This document shows, in pieces, positions 25,850-38,576 of a DNA stretch of 64,000 nucleotides; the stretch's first letter is position 1; each line of letters opens with the position of its first letter. The translations under genes were made by a program, and so were the position numbers. The DNA is from Eledone cirrhosa (taxonomy: Eukaryota): positions 7,998,001-8,062,000 of the forward strand of contig OZ024760.1 in assembly GCA_964016885.1 (NCBI GenBank), read 5' to 3'. The notes under the pieces were generated by a model. The model had not been told where the DNA came from. It did no database searches and worked only from the letters and a program-made list of their open reading frames with translations.

Positions 25850-26336
25850 TATAATAATGAAATTATTGTGTACAGTGCTCAGGTGCACTACAACTCATCA
25901 AAGGTGCATGTATAGTACATAGAATAATGTACAAATGTCAGGAAAATAAACAGTGTATGAGTAATGATATAATAACAATAACAATAATGAAATATTGTGT
26001 ACAGTGCCCAGGTGCACCACAACCCATCAAAAAAGTGCATGTACAGTACATAGGGTAATGCACAAACATCAGTAAAATGAACAGTGCACGAGTCATGATA
26101 CACACATGTGTGCATGTGTATGGAAGGGGCACATCAGGTGTAGTTTTGGCGTATTTCGGGAAGCATGAGTGTCTTAAAGGATGCAGTGTCTCGGCAGCTA
26201 ACAATTGACGCAGGCAGTTTGTTCCATGCTTCAGCAACTCTGAGCGTGAAAAAATGTCTGCGAAAGTCATGGGAGCTGTGCTGTTTTCTTATCTTGTAGG
26301 CATGTCCACATGTGTTAGACACATGGAGATCAAGAT
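25850..26336 (-). mobile_element. CR1/L2-like LINE 3' end with 3' UTR (UTR-only copies at 19500-19570, 21690-21820, 44720-44930)
   Basis: GHAYKIRKQ..RRHFFTLRVAEAWNKLPASIV..FK motif; (ATT)n tail. Confidence 0.8.
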
Positions 26337-27890
26337 CATATATATATACACACACACACATACATACATATATATACAGACACACATACATACATATATA
26401 ATCACACACACATACCTATATATATATATATATACACATACATATATATACACACACACACATACATACATATATATACACACACACATACATATATATA
26501 CACACACACATACCTATATATATATATATACACATACATATATATACACACACACATACATATATATACACACACACATACATGTCTGATGTTCAACTTT
26601 TTTTTATCATCTGCCAACTTCAATTATTATTAAAAGAATGGTGGCTTGGCAGTATTGGTAGAGGTTGGACATGCTTTATGGCATTGAGTTACGGCCCTTT
26701 ACGTCCTGAGTTCAAATCCTGCCAAAGTTAGCTTTGCCTTTCATCCTTATGAGGTCGATAAAATAAAGTACCAGTAATGTACTGGGTTGATTTTACTTTC
26801 CTCTCCCCCAAATTTTGTTTACCTTGTGCTTCTAAATCAGAAACCCTTATTATTAACCAGTTAGCATTTAAGCCGCCTATATCTGGCCAGAATTCTCTCA
26901 CCTCTTTCTGTTCAAACCAGCCATAATTGGCCACTCATACTTATGTTAAGGTATTGTTCTCAAAATAAATAATATCAAAATCTCATAGATTTGATATTAT
27001 GTGAGATAATTATTTGATGTAAAACATTATTGTATATATAGAGTAATGAAAATGCTAAAGGGTTAAATAAAGTACCAGTAACATACTGGAGTCAGTTTAA
27101 CCAACATTTCCATTCCCCAAAATTGTTGACCTTGTGCTTCTAAATCAAAAACCATTATTATTAAATGATGAAATTAAAAAAAAATTTTTAAAATCCAATT
27201 GTAAACCTAATAATATATCAAAACATAATTTTGTAAATAAAGTACCAGTAATGCACTGGGTAATTTCTGGCCTTGTGCCAAAAGTAGAAACAATTATTAG
27301 GACAGTGGATTAGGGCGGTAGATTGGCAGTATCGGTAGAGGGTTGGACATAATACTTTGCTGCATTTAATTACAGCTCTCTCTGGGGTTGATAAAATAAT
27401 TGACTTCCCCACACCCCTCAAATTGCTGGCCTTGTGCCTAAATAAGAAACCTTTGTTAGGAATTATTAGTAAAGTATCTACTTTTGGTTTATGTTATAAT
27501 TAATTTTCCACCTCCGTCCTCAAATTGCTGGCTCTGAGTTTAAGTAAGGAGCCGATCATTAAATCGGGCCAAAGAAACCACGTTTCCATTGGTCTTTGCA
27601 ATTACTGATACTATCTACCGGTTGCAACACCCGGGAGAAAGAGCAATGAGAAATAAAGTGTCTTGCTCAAGGCTATAATGCACTGCCTGAGCCGGGAATC
27701 GAGCTCACATCCTCACGGTTGTGGACCCAATTCACTAACACCAAAGATACAAACTGATAAATAATATATATGGATGATAGACAAGATCCCAGACCTCATT
27801 CACTTACCGAGTGAGGGTGGAACTTGTCAAATCAGACCAAGCGAACAATGTTTCTAAATTGTTTAGATGTGCCTTTGCATATATAAGCTT

Positions 27891-27980
27891 GTATATCTGA
27901 CGAGATGTTGAAAAAGAGTTGGGCCCTGTTGCCTTCATTGTACCTTGAGCTAATCTATATCGAAACAATTGTAATATTCA
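27891..27980 (+). ncRNA. Type I hammerhead ribozyme with long helix II insertion
   Basis: ATAT CTGACGA GATGT...ATATC GAAA CAATTG TA ATAT; helix III palindrome ACAATTGT. Confidence 0.7.
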
Positions 27981-29718
27981 TATAAAATTTGTACATATGC
28001 TGCAACAGACTTTGAATCTTCTAAATCTAAAAATATATATATATATATATATGTGAAATAACCCTTTAATGTTCAAGCCGGCCAAAATTCTCTACCTTTT
28101 TCTGTTGAAACTGGTCGCTCAAACTGATGTTAAGGTATTGTTCTCAAAATAAATACTTTCAAAATCTCATAGATTCAATATTATGTGAGATAATTATGCA
28201 AATATAATAGTATATATAGAATAATGTGAATGCGAAAGGGTTAAAATGTAGTGGTAATTGAAAATTTTAAAAATAGGAATTAAAGTTTTCACCATAAATT
28301 GACTAAAGAAAATAGTCAAATATTAGGGATTAGGTCATATGAACCCCCATAACAGAAAAAAAAGGCATTAGCATGCATAGGAATTGAAAACAAACCTCTT
28401 ATTTTTGGATGAGTGCAATCAGTTGAGCATACTTATGAAAATAACAGGTGTAGGTTCAATTCCCACACATGCTAATGCCTAATCCCCCTTCCCTGGTTAT
28501 AGCAGGGGGAGGGGGCACATATGCCCTGCAGCCTTCAACTAACTTTCAGCTCTTTTTGACTGTCAATCATCTCTCTCTCTCCTTTACATTATCTTCCTTT
28601 CTCTCAGACACTTCCATCCAAATTTTATTATCATTACTAAACAATAGCAATAATAATAATCCAACTACTATTGATAATAATAAAAATACCCCTAAAAAAT
28701 TGATATCACTTGTTGGGAAAATTTTTGTAGAAAATGAAAATTATTTATAATAAAATATTTACCTAATCCATGTTGTACTGTTGTCTTTCTTACACCACTC
28801 TACTATCTTTGTGTCACCACACCATATTTTACTACATAAAGACGACTCCAACTTATCCTGGTGGGGGGAGAAAAGAGACTGGCTTCAGCAACAGATCGTT
28901 ATTTTGTTCTGCTACTAGAAGCTTCCGATTTTGTTAAAACAAGTAGAATGGGGTGCTAAGTCAGTCCTCAGACCACTGGAGCAATATGAAATAAAGTCTT
29001 GTTCAAGGACACAATATGCAGGCAGGAATCGATCTCACGACTATATGATTGTAAACCAAACAATCTAACCACTAAGTCACACACCTCCACTGTATATACC
29101 AGTTCTATGACAAAACTTGTCATAGAGAAGCTTGCAACAGAATGGACTTTGCTAAAGGCAGCCAAAAGCTAGTTGGTGTTAAACAGGGAACAGACTAAAT
29201 CTATCATCCAAGTATGCCAATCCATCAACCTAGACTGATACTTCATCTTAACAACCATGGAAGCCTAAAAGTCTAAAGTCTGTTTCGAGCCTGGAGACCC
29301 ATCAGCCCAATGCTTATTATAGTTTCTGTGGCATGAAAGTGACAGAGTATAAGACCTTCCTCTGGCCAGCACGCCAGTCCATCACTGTATTAAAGTTTGT
29401 CTCGAGCCCAATGAATATCATGGTTTCCGTAGCATGAAGCGACTGAGAGTACAAGACTCACCCCTGGCCAGGACACCAGGCAATGTCTTTCATCAGAAAT
29501 ACAATAATGAAAAGGTTAAGGTTGACAAGCCGCTAAATAACATCAAAAATGTTTTTGTTTTTAACCTGGGAGCTCTAGGTATCTTATGTCAGAGTAATTT
29601 CCCCTTAATACATAATGCAATGTCAAGGGAAGCAATTCATAAAAAAATTCAGCATGTTAAAGATTAAATGAAATAGTAAGGGAATAAAAAACAATAAAAG
29701 AAATAAAGATATTAGTTG

Positions 29719-29724
29719 TTTATT
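29719..29724 (-). promoter_or_regulatory. Candidate polyadenylation signal of UQCRB
   Basis: AATAAA on the minus strand about 50 nt after the stop codon. Confidence 0.5.
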
Positions 29725-29772
29725 CTGTACAATATTCCTAAGTATTCTTACAATAGAAATGAGTTGCTAACA

Positions 29773-29850
29773 TTATTTACTGTTCCATTGTTGTCGTTCT
29801 TTATTTTCTTTAATCACTTCTTCAATGTAAGGTTTCAGGTACTGTACATC
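29773..29850 (-). CDS. UQCRB: Cytochrome b-c1 complex subunit 7, exon 4
   Basis: gacag acceptor; DVQYLKPYIEEVIKENKERQQWNSK then TAA; spliced CDS is 336 nt (111 aa). Confidence 0.93.
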   Translation of the reverse strand, partial: DVQYLKPYIEEVIKENKERQQWNSK

Positions 29851-30425
29851 CTGTCAACAAATAAATATTATTAATTAAGGTAACTGCACCACAATAAATA
29901 TAAGGTAATTACACAAAGGAATATTATTAATTAAGGTACTACACCCCAAATGATTATTATTAAAACATCCAGTCCACACTATGTGGTTGGCGCTAGGAAG
30001 GGAGTAAACTGGAGCAATGTGAAATAAAGTGCCTTGCTCAAGGAAACAACACATCACACGGTCTGAGAATTGAACTCACAACCTTTCGATTGCAAGGCCA
30101 ATGCTCTAACCACTAAGCCATGTGCCTCCACATGTATGTATATATATATATTTAATTTAATTATATAATAAACAACACAATATAATTATTCCATTACCAA
30201 AGGTTTCAAGAAACCAGACGATTCTTACAGCCATAGAAACCAATCCAGAAAAAGTTCTGTATGAGCAAGACATTTTCATCTAATCTGGTTTGACTCACAA
30301 CAGGACAACTCGTCTAACCCATGCTAGTGTGGAAAAATGGACGTTAAACTGTGCTAATGATGATGATCTAACTACACAAATAAATATTATTAATTGAGGT
30401 AACTAGACAATAAATGATTCTTCTA

Positions 30426-30963
30426 TCTATATATAAATGTGGGCGACTTCCACATGTCGTGTGTGAATGTATGAGTGTGTTAAAGAAGGGGATGATAAAA
30501 AAAACTAGCAAAACAGGGGCTGGCGCTCCATTTGCTAATCTGTGTAAATGTATGTCTGCGAGTGTGTATTTTTGTAAATGTGTGTGCTTTCGCGTTTATA
30601 TTTATATATTGATACATATATACGCGTCAGCATGTTGAAAAAAATTCTAGTATTATAAAAGACTCATTTCTCAGTCACACATGTATATAGGAAGGGAGGC
30701 AACCCTTTTTTAAAAGTTGAGAGAAGGGAGATAACTTATGTCATACGTACCGTTTATTGCAAAGTTTGGAAATTAGAAAGTGTTGTTTGCAGTTGAAACA
30801 GAAATAAGCAGAAGCTACAGTGCTGGCATCTGGTGTTTACCGTGGGCTCTTACATTGCATTGTGTACAATTGTGGTTGCATACTCTCTGCTGCAACTCAA
30901 CTTTGGTGTGTGTTATGGGGGGGGGGGGGGGGGGGATATTTCTTTAACATGGGTACAAACTAG
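30426..30963 (+). mobile_element. Possible non-autonomous Helitron
   Basis: A|TCTATATATAAA start and ..GGGTACAAACTAG|T end; hairpin decayed. Confidence 0.45.
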
Positions 30964-32178
30964 TAATATTAATTAACCCTTTAGCATTTAAACTGGCCGT
31001 ATCTACCCAGAATTCTCTCACTTCTATCTGTTCAAACTGGCTGTAACCGGTCACTCATACTGATGTTAAGATATTGTTCTCAAAATAAATAATATCAAAA
31101 TCTCATAGACTCGATATTATGTGAGATAATTATGTAAGGCAAAGTCTTTAACATGGAAATATAATGGAACAAATGCCACAAAGCATTCTATCTAATTTTC
31201 ACCACCTCAGAGTACACTAGGCCTGAATAACAACATATATTGACATGTCATACACTCATCATCATCATTGTCGTTTTATCGTCAGCTTTCCCTGTTAGCA
31301 AGAGTTGGACAGGTCTACATAGACCAAGTCAGTACTGAAGTGGGACTAGTGACAGTTCCAGACAGGCCAGGGATCTGCATAGACATATGTGTATGTATCA
31401 TCATCATCATTTTACGTCTGCTTTTCCCTGCTAGCAAGGGTGGGACGGGAACTGATTCTGGCTTGATTTCTACAGCTGGATGCCCTTCCTAACACCAACC
31501 TCATTTACAGCGAGTGCTGGGTGCTTTTTTTCCGTGGCGCCTACACGTCCACTTTACAGTGGAATGATAGGGACTCAAGTCCCTATCATCTCATTTCTAC
31601 AGCTGAGTAAACTGGAGCAATGTGAAATAAAGTGCCTTGCTCAAGGAAACAACACATCACACGGTCTGAGAATTGAACTCACAACCTTTCGATTGCAAGG
31701 CCAATGCTCTAACCACTAAGCCATGTGCCTCCACATGTATGTATATATATATATATTTAATTTAATTATATAATAAACAACACAATATAATTATTCCATT
31801 ACCAAAGGTTTCAAGAAACCAGACGATTCTTACAGAAACGTCCAGCCCGTTCATCAGATAAAATAATTATATTTGGGATAGAAATTTTGAAATCTATATA
31901 TACATGTATGTGTGTGTCATCATCATTGTCGTTTTAACATCCGTTTTTCCTGCTAGCAAGGGTTGGACTGGTCTATATAGACCAAGTCAGTACTGAAGCA
32001 GGGGACTACTGACCTCCCACACAGGTCGGGAGTCTGTTATCTCGCTAACATACGGTCTATCATTCTACCAAGGGCAGCACAAGATAGGATATCATGTCTT
32101 TGACATAACTGAAAGGTCCTCCCAACCCCATTGCATTGTTAGGTGGATTTATAGAAAATGGCTCCTCTGATTACTTAC

Positions 32179-32345
32179 ATCTTTAAGCAGTGCCCACTCC
32201 TCTCTTGGCAACACAGTCTTCTTGTTACTCAGATTCATAGCGCGGATAATACGAAAATTCCGTGCATCATAAATATCCTTAGGTAGGCGTTTGATGGCCT
32301 CTTTTACGTCATCAGTTTCACGTCGCACATCGTCCCTCATTAAAC
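32179..32345 (-). CDS. UQCRB: Cytochrome b-c1 complex subunit 7, exon 3
   Basis: GLMRDDVRRETDDVKEAIKRLPKDIYDARNFRIIRAMNLSNKKTVLPREEW, the recognisable UCR_14kD signature; AG/GT boundaries. Confidence 0.95.
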
Positions 32346-32964
32346 CTACACGAGAAAAAACAAATTCACATTAACAAATATTTTCAATGTAACATTTTCA
32401 TTCTGCCCAACTTTAAACCAGTGGTTCCCAAATTTATTTTACTCACAGCACACATTTTAGAACAGATAAAAAGATTTGGGCACACTTTGGAAAAGGTAAA
32501 AATATTCGGGCACACTTTGAAACAAGTAAAAATATTTGAGCCCACTTTAGAACAAGTGCACTTTGTATCTAAATTCGAAAATTTATTATAAGGTTGTGGG
32601 GGCTGAATCCTCAAGCATGCTTTCCAGTTGATTCTGTCAGAAACAACCATCTCCAATTGATTGAGCTGGATCCTCAAGCAAGACCAGCCAAATTTATTGA
32701 TGTTATCCCCCCACCTTGCTCAGGGTCTCCTGCTGGTTGGTTTTGCCCGTAAAATCTGTCCAATGATTCTGAACACATGTACATAGTATCGGAGATGTGA
32801 TCTCTCAATTCAGAGAAGTAGCAGTTCTACCTGGAGTGACTTTACGAGCAAAACCAACTGGTAAGAGACTGCAAAGTTGAATTAAAAGAATAAACGACTT
32901 GACTGCTAAATAAAACCAAACAAAGTAATGTTTTAGCTAGTATTTAAATATATAAATGACTTAC

Positions 32965-33027
32965 CAAGTTGGTTGAAATATGATCGGTTATAAAACCATT
33001 GTTGGACGACTTTAAACCAGACTGGAG
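32965..33027 (-). CDS. UQCRB: Cytochrome b-c1 complex subunit 7, exon 2
   Basis: cttttag acceptor; APVWFKVVQQWFYNRSYFNQLG; gtaagt donor. Confidence 0.92.
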
Positions 33028-33964
33028 CTAAAAGAAAAATTAAAATTATTAGATATAAGAGAGACATATAAATGATCAAGTGATCAAGCCCTTCTCCTTT
33101 AAAAATATATACTACCATATATATTTCTCAGACATATAACAGGGGTTGCCCTGTTATATGTCTGAGAAATGGACAAAATCTAACTCTGTTTATAAGCTAA
33201 GGGCAAAAATCTCAACTATAAGCCAAGGCAGCTAATCAACATGTAATGTTTAGATGGTGTGGTTTTGAAATTCTCATGAGTGGAGAATATATTTATGAAG
33301 TTTTAATATTTTGATATTTAAAATGTTTTCATAATCATTTAAAACACACCAAAAATATGAATTTCATGTTGAGTGAAACCAGTGTAATATTCACCTCAAA
33401 AGCGAAATATTTAACCACCTTATTTAAGAAGAATTTCAAAGTTGACAAAATATTGACCTTGAATATAAGCCACCCCACATTTTTTTGTCACATATTTCTG
33501 GATTTATATATGAGTTTATACGGTGATTAAAAAGTTAGTTATACTTTGATAGGGTCATGTTGCCAATAAAACCACATGCACCAGTTAAGTTTCAATATTA
33601 GTTATGTAACTAATCCATTTCCTCGTTAGTTTAGTAACTGGACAATCATTTCATTGTCATATTTAATTAAAATGCACCCAGTAATGTAATTGGAGATAGG
33701 AAGTATCACCAACCCACAGATGTACTGGGTGTATTTTATTGATACCAGTTCTTACATAAAATTGTGATGGGAGGGATTTGTGTTTTTTAAAGGTAAATAT
33801 AAACACTTAAAACACCAACGTAGAAGTATGGTCGGTTTGATATATATCTTAAACATGGTCATTTGGTACACGGTGAGGGTAATTAGACTCATACCAAGGT
33901 AGAGATGATCCCTTCTGAGTATGTCTCCCAATATGAAAGGTGTTAATGTATTTTGGGTGACAGA

Positions 33965-34160
33965 GATTTATAACAGAAGTACAGGTGTGTTGACAAGGTG
34001 GATTTTATAACAGAAGTACAGGGGTGTTGACAAGGTGGATTTTATAACAGAAGTACAGGGGTGTTGACAAGGTGGATTTTATAACAGAAGTACAGGGGTG
34101 TTGACAAGGTGGATTTTATAACAGAAGTACAGGGGTGTTGACAAGGTGGATTTTATAACA
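33965..34160. repeat. 37-bp minisatellite, about 5 copies
   Basis: TTATAACAGAAGTACAGGGGTGTTGACAAGGTGGATT repeated. Confidence 0.95.
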
Positions 34161-34472
34161 AATATATGATTAAATAGAAAATACATACATGTAATCAATT
34201 AATTATTGCTAGGAACCTTATAAATATAATACAGAAACAACTAAATTCTGTCAGTGAAGGAGAGAGATAACGTCCTTGGAGAAGTTAGTTAATATAGACA
34301 TGTGAATGATATGCAAAGGTCAAAAAAATGTCTAGTTAAATGATATATTTGGGGTTAAAGATAAAAACAAAAACAGCACGAATTCTACTTATTTGTTATA
34401 TGGTGTAAATAACTAAGAGCATGTGTAAATAGTTTATATAGAAAAATAGATGGCAAGATTTATTTTATTTAC

Positions 34473-34500
34473 CTTCTTTCGCAACTGGACGTGCAGCCAT
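34473..34500 (-). CDS. UQCRB: Cytochrome b-c1 complex subunit 7, exon 1
   Basis: ATG GCT GCA CGT CCA GTT GCG AAA GAA G then gtaaat donor; MAARPVAKE; phase fits exon 2. Confidence 0.85.
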
Positions 34501-34933
34501 GGTTCTTATAACAGATGATTCCTAAAGCATTCTGGGTAAAACATTTTCAGAAAATAACTACAATATTTTTTTTTTTAAATACCTTAATAAAGTTTATAAT
34601 TCAAATAGTTGCTTAAATAAATATTATACAGATCGTTTGAAATGTTTCAAATAAAAAAAAAAGGAAATTTTAAGAAAGTAACAAATTTGTTTTTGTTTTT
34701 ATTTATATTGATAATTTTACTGAAACGAGATGTCAACAAATGCTAAATAAATATTATATACATTGTTTATAATGTTTATTTTTTTAAAAAAGAAGGAAAT
34801 CTAAAGAAAGTATTTAAAAAAAAAAATGTTTATTTTAAAATTGATAATCTCACTGAAGCAAGAAGTCAACGGTTACAGGCGGATGATGATAACGTGATTC
34901 GGTGGGTGTATCAGACGTCTGCTATTTTTCACG
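34501..34933. promoter_or_regulatory. Putative bidirectional promoter and 5' UTRs between UQCRB and HS1BP3
   Basis: Divergent ATGs at 34500 (-) and 34934 (+); no recognised interspersed repeat in the interval. Confidence 0.65.
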
Positions 34934-34959
34934 ATGATAGCAGCTACAGTTACCTCCAG
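34934..34959 (+). CDS. HS1BP3: HCLS1-binding protein 3, exon 1
   Basis: MIAATVTSR resembles the vertebrate HS1BP3 N-terminus (..VTSRR); AG|gtttgt donor, phase 2 matches exon 2. Confidence 0.75.
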
Positions 34960-35339
34960 GTTTGTATATATTTTTCTCTTCAGTGTTCAATCAAACATCA
35001 ACTATGTTCTGTAGAACGTAGACACGACAAATCAAACAATCAACCAACAAAACTCCCCATGTTTCCACGGAGGGTCTTTTATTTTCTCTTTCTCCCTGTA
35101 TCTCGCCTATTCACGCCTGTAATCCATTCACAAAAACACTACCCGTGACTCAAGTTGTTTGCTCTAAATTCAATACTGTCACTGAATAGGGCTGAATTAT
35201 TACAGTTGTGAAATTTAAATCCAGCTGCCATCTTCTTGGTATCTATTGTGCATTAATGTTTGTGCGTCATTGAATAATTGCTACAACGTACTAGATGCGT
35301 GTGTGTGTGTGTGCATATATATATTTATATATATGCGTG

Positions 35340-35385
<46 letters not shown>

Positions 35386-35413
35386 CAAACAAATATAAAG
35401 CAAGCGACATCTG

Positions 35414-35452
<39 letters not shown>

Positions 35453-35970
35453 AGAGCAAAAGATGGTTAAAGGAGTTCCATCTTTTGCTCTTATATATTA
35501 TGTATACTCCAGTCCCACAAACTGTAGAGTGCTTCTTATCCGATATCTGCATTGCTTTATTGTACTACAATAAAACTCACCTCCTACATATATATATATA
35601 TACATACAGATGTCGTTTGCTTTATATTTGTTTGCCTTTTGCATGCATGCACACACACACACACATATTTAGATCGACCGCGGCGCCAAGTGGTTTCGGC
35701 TTGTGTGTTCAGCAAGCCCTTTGAACACACAAGCCGAAACTGCTAGGCGCCGCGGTCGAGGTTTTACACATCTCTATACCCTCTCTACATCTCCCCATGT
35801 ATCGAATCGGGGACTCACATGATTAGTGATCTCCTCGATCTCCATCGATCAATCGACCCTTTGAAACGATCGATCGTAAAACAATGAGGTAACTTTCTAC
35901 CCACACCTGACTTCTGTTTTTAGGGTTCACACACACACACATATATACACATACACACACATATACACAT

Positions 35971-36006
<36 letters not shown>

Positions 36007-36141
36007 GTAGGAGGTGGGTTTTATTGTAGTACAATAAAGCAATGCAGATATCGGATAAGAAGCACTCTACAGTTTGTAGGACTGGAGTATACATAATATA
36101 TAAGATCAAAAGATGGAACTCTTTTAACCATCTTTTGATCT

Positions 36142-36198
<57 letters not shown>

Positions 36199-36200
<2 letters not shown>

Positions 36201-36250
36201 CAGGCTAAATGAGTTGGGATGCATAACCCAACGAAACTAAAGTAACTATT
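36199..36250 (+). ncRNA. Hammerhead-like motif, core mutated
   Basis: CTAAATGA GTTGGG-ATGCATAA-CCCAAC GAAA CTAAAG TA; perfect helix II; sits between two (AT)n tracts. Confidence 0.45.
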
Positions 36251-36265
36251 TGTCACTGTTGTAAC

Positions 36266-36321
<56 letters not shown>

Positions 36322-36437
36322 TATTATACTCCCCCCCCCCCCACAATATCACACATCAATCTAAAACTACTTTTCGTATGTTGATTTAAAACTGCACTAT
36401 CCACAAGTGTTTTTTAACCTTCATATCATGTCTCCCT

Positions 36438-36488
36438 ATTTTATCTGACGAAAACGCAATTTGTTTATGAAATGCACATAATAAAATA
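36438..36488 (+). ncRNA. Hammerhead-like motif, degenerate
   Basis: ATTTTAT CTGACGA AAAC...GTTT AT GAAA TGCA CA TAATAAAAT; U16.1 substituted. Confidence 0.45.
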
Positions 36489-36516
36489 CATGGAACTCTT
36501 TTAACCATCTTTTGAT

Positions 36517-36551
<35 letters not shown>

Positions 36552-36683
36552 ATACTTTGGGAGGGTCATGCTGCCAATAAAAGTAACACACGCACCTGCT
36601 GATTTTCACTTCAATTTATTTATAAATAAGAAATCTTGCAAAACAAATTAAAAAACGAAGTATATATATATATATATATATAA

Positions 36684-36715
<32 letters not shown>

Positions 36716-36931
36716 CGAAGGAAATGTGGTAAGGAACCAGGTGGACCATAACGCACCAAAGTACTCAATACTTAGGGTAGTAGAGTGGGTAATAGGAACG
36801 AGTAGGACCCCGACGGCTGAGCTCAAGCCGTTTCGACGGCTAATTCTGGACTAAATGAAAATGTTCATTTAGTCCAGAATTAGCCGTCGAAACGGCTTGA
36901 GCTCAGCCGTCGGGGTCCTACTCGTTCCTAC

Positions 36932-36971
<40 letters not shown>

Positions 36972-37270
36972 CTAAAAGTAAGGATATTTTCGACAAGAAG
37001 GATGTTGACTACGACGGGATTGAGGAAGGGTAAGGGTTTACTTGAGCGTCGATATATCTGGTATGCTGGTACACAGTAGTACCAACCTAAGAAATATTAT
37101 TCTTAGTGCAGAAGGAATGGCAACAAATATACGAATGGAATCAATATGGCACTCTACAAAATAAAAATATAAAATGGCAGCTGTAGCAAGTTAGCTAGCT
37201 TGCTATAATAAGGATTTCTACTACAGGTACAAGGCCAGCAATTATTTTTTTTGGGGGGTGTGGTGGTGGC

Positions 37271-38510
37271 TGAAAGGCAAAGTTAACCTCGGCGGGATTT
37301 GAACTCAGAACGGCAAGGGACGTAACTCTATGCCACAAAGCAATAATAATAATGTTTCTAGTTTTGACACAAGACCAGCAATTACCCAGTGTATTACTGG
37401 TACTTTATTATATCGACCCCCGTAAGGATGAAAGGCAAAGTTAACCTCGGCGGGATTTGAACTCAGAACGGCAAGGGACGTAACTCTATGCCACAAAGCA
37501 ATAATAATAATGTTTCTAGTTTTGACACAAGACCAGCAATTACCCAGTGTATTACTGGTACTTTATTATATCGACCCCCGTAAGGATGAAAGGCAAAGTT
37601 AACCTCGGCGGGATTTGAACTCAGAACGGCAAGGGACGTAACTCTATGCCACAAAGCAATAATAATAATGTTTCTAGTTTTGACACAAGGCCAGCAATGC
37701 AATTACCCCAGTGTATTACTGGTACTTTATTATATCGACCCCCGTAAGGATGAAAGGCAAAGTTAACCTCGGCGGGATTTGAACTCAGAACGGCAAGGGA
37801 CGTAACTCTATGCCACAAAGCAATAATAATAATGTTTCTAGTTTTGGCACAAGGCCAGCAATGCAATTACCCCAGTGCATTACTGGTACTTTATTTTATC
37901 ATCGACCCCGTAAGGATGAAAGGCAAAGTTAACCTCGGCGGGATTTGAACTCAGAACGGCAAGGGACGTAACTCTATGCCACAACGCAATAATAATAATA
38001 ATGTTTCTAGTTTTGGCACAAGGCCAGCAATGCAATTACCCCAGTGCATTACTGGTACTTTATTTTATCATCGACCCCGTAAGGATGAAAGGCAAAGTTA
38101 ACCTCGGCGGGATTTGAACTCAGAACGGCAAGGGACGTAACTCTATGCCACAAAGCAATAATAATAATGTTTCTAGTTTTGACACAAGGCCAGTAATGCA
38201 ATTACTCCAGTGCATTACTGGTACTTTATTATATCGACCCCCGTAAGGATGAAAGGCAAAGTTAACCTCGGCGGGATTTGAACTCATAACGGCAAGGGAC
38301 GTAACTCAATGCCACAAAGCAATAATAATAATGTTTCTAGTTTTGGCACAAGACCAGCAATTACTCCAGTGCATTACTGGTACTTTATTATATCGACCCC
38401 GTAAGGCAAAGCTAGTCTTGGCAGGATTTGAACTCAGAATCTAAAGGGCCGTAACTATATGCTGTAAAGCATGGTGTCTGACGCTCTACCGATTCTGCCA
38501 ATCTACCACC
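37271..38510 (-). repeat. Tandem array of SINE B bodies (about 158-168 bp unit)
   Basis: About 7 head-to-tail units; only the rightmost retains the A-box head. Confidence 0.9.
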
Positions 38511-38576
38511 CTTCTAGCTTGCTCTAAGGATAAATGATGAATTCAAGGAAACCAGGACGACAAAAATAAAAAGTGA

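Noticed and set aside
33122-33170. Perfect 49-bp hairpin in UQCRB intron 1 as a pre-miRNA
   Set aside because: Short, perfect and single-copy here; more simply a fold-back duplication like others in the window; no expression evidence available
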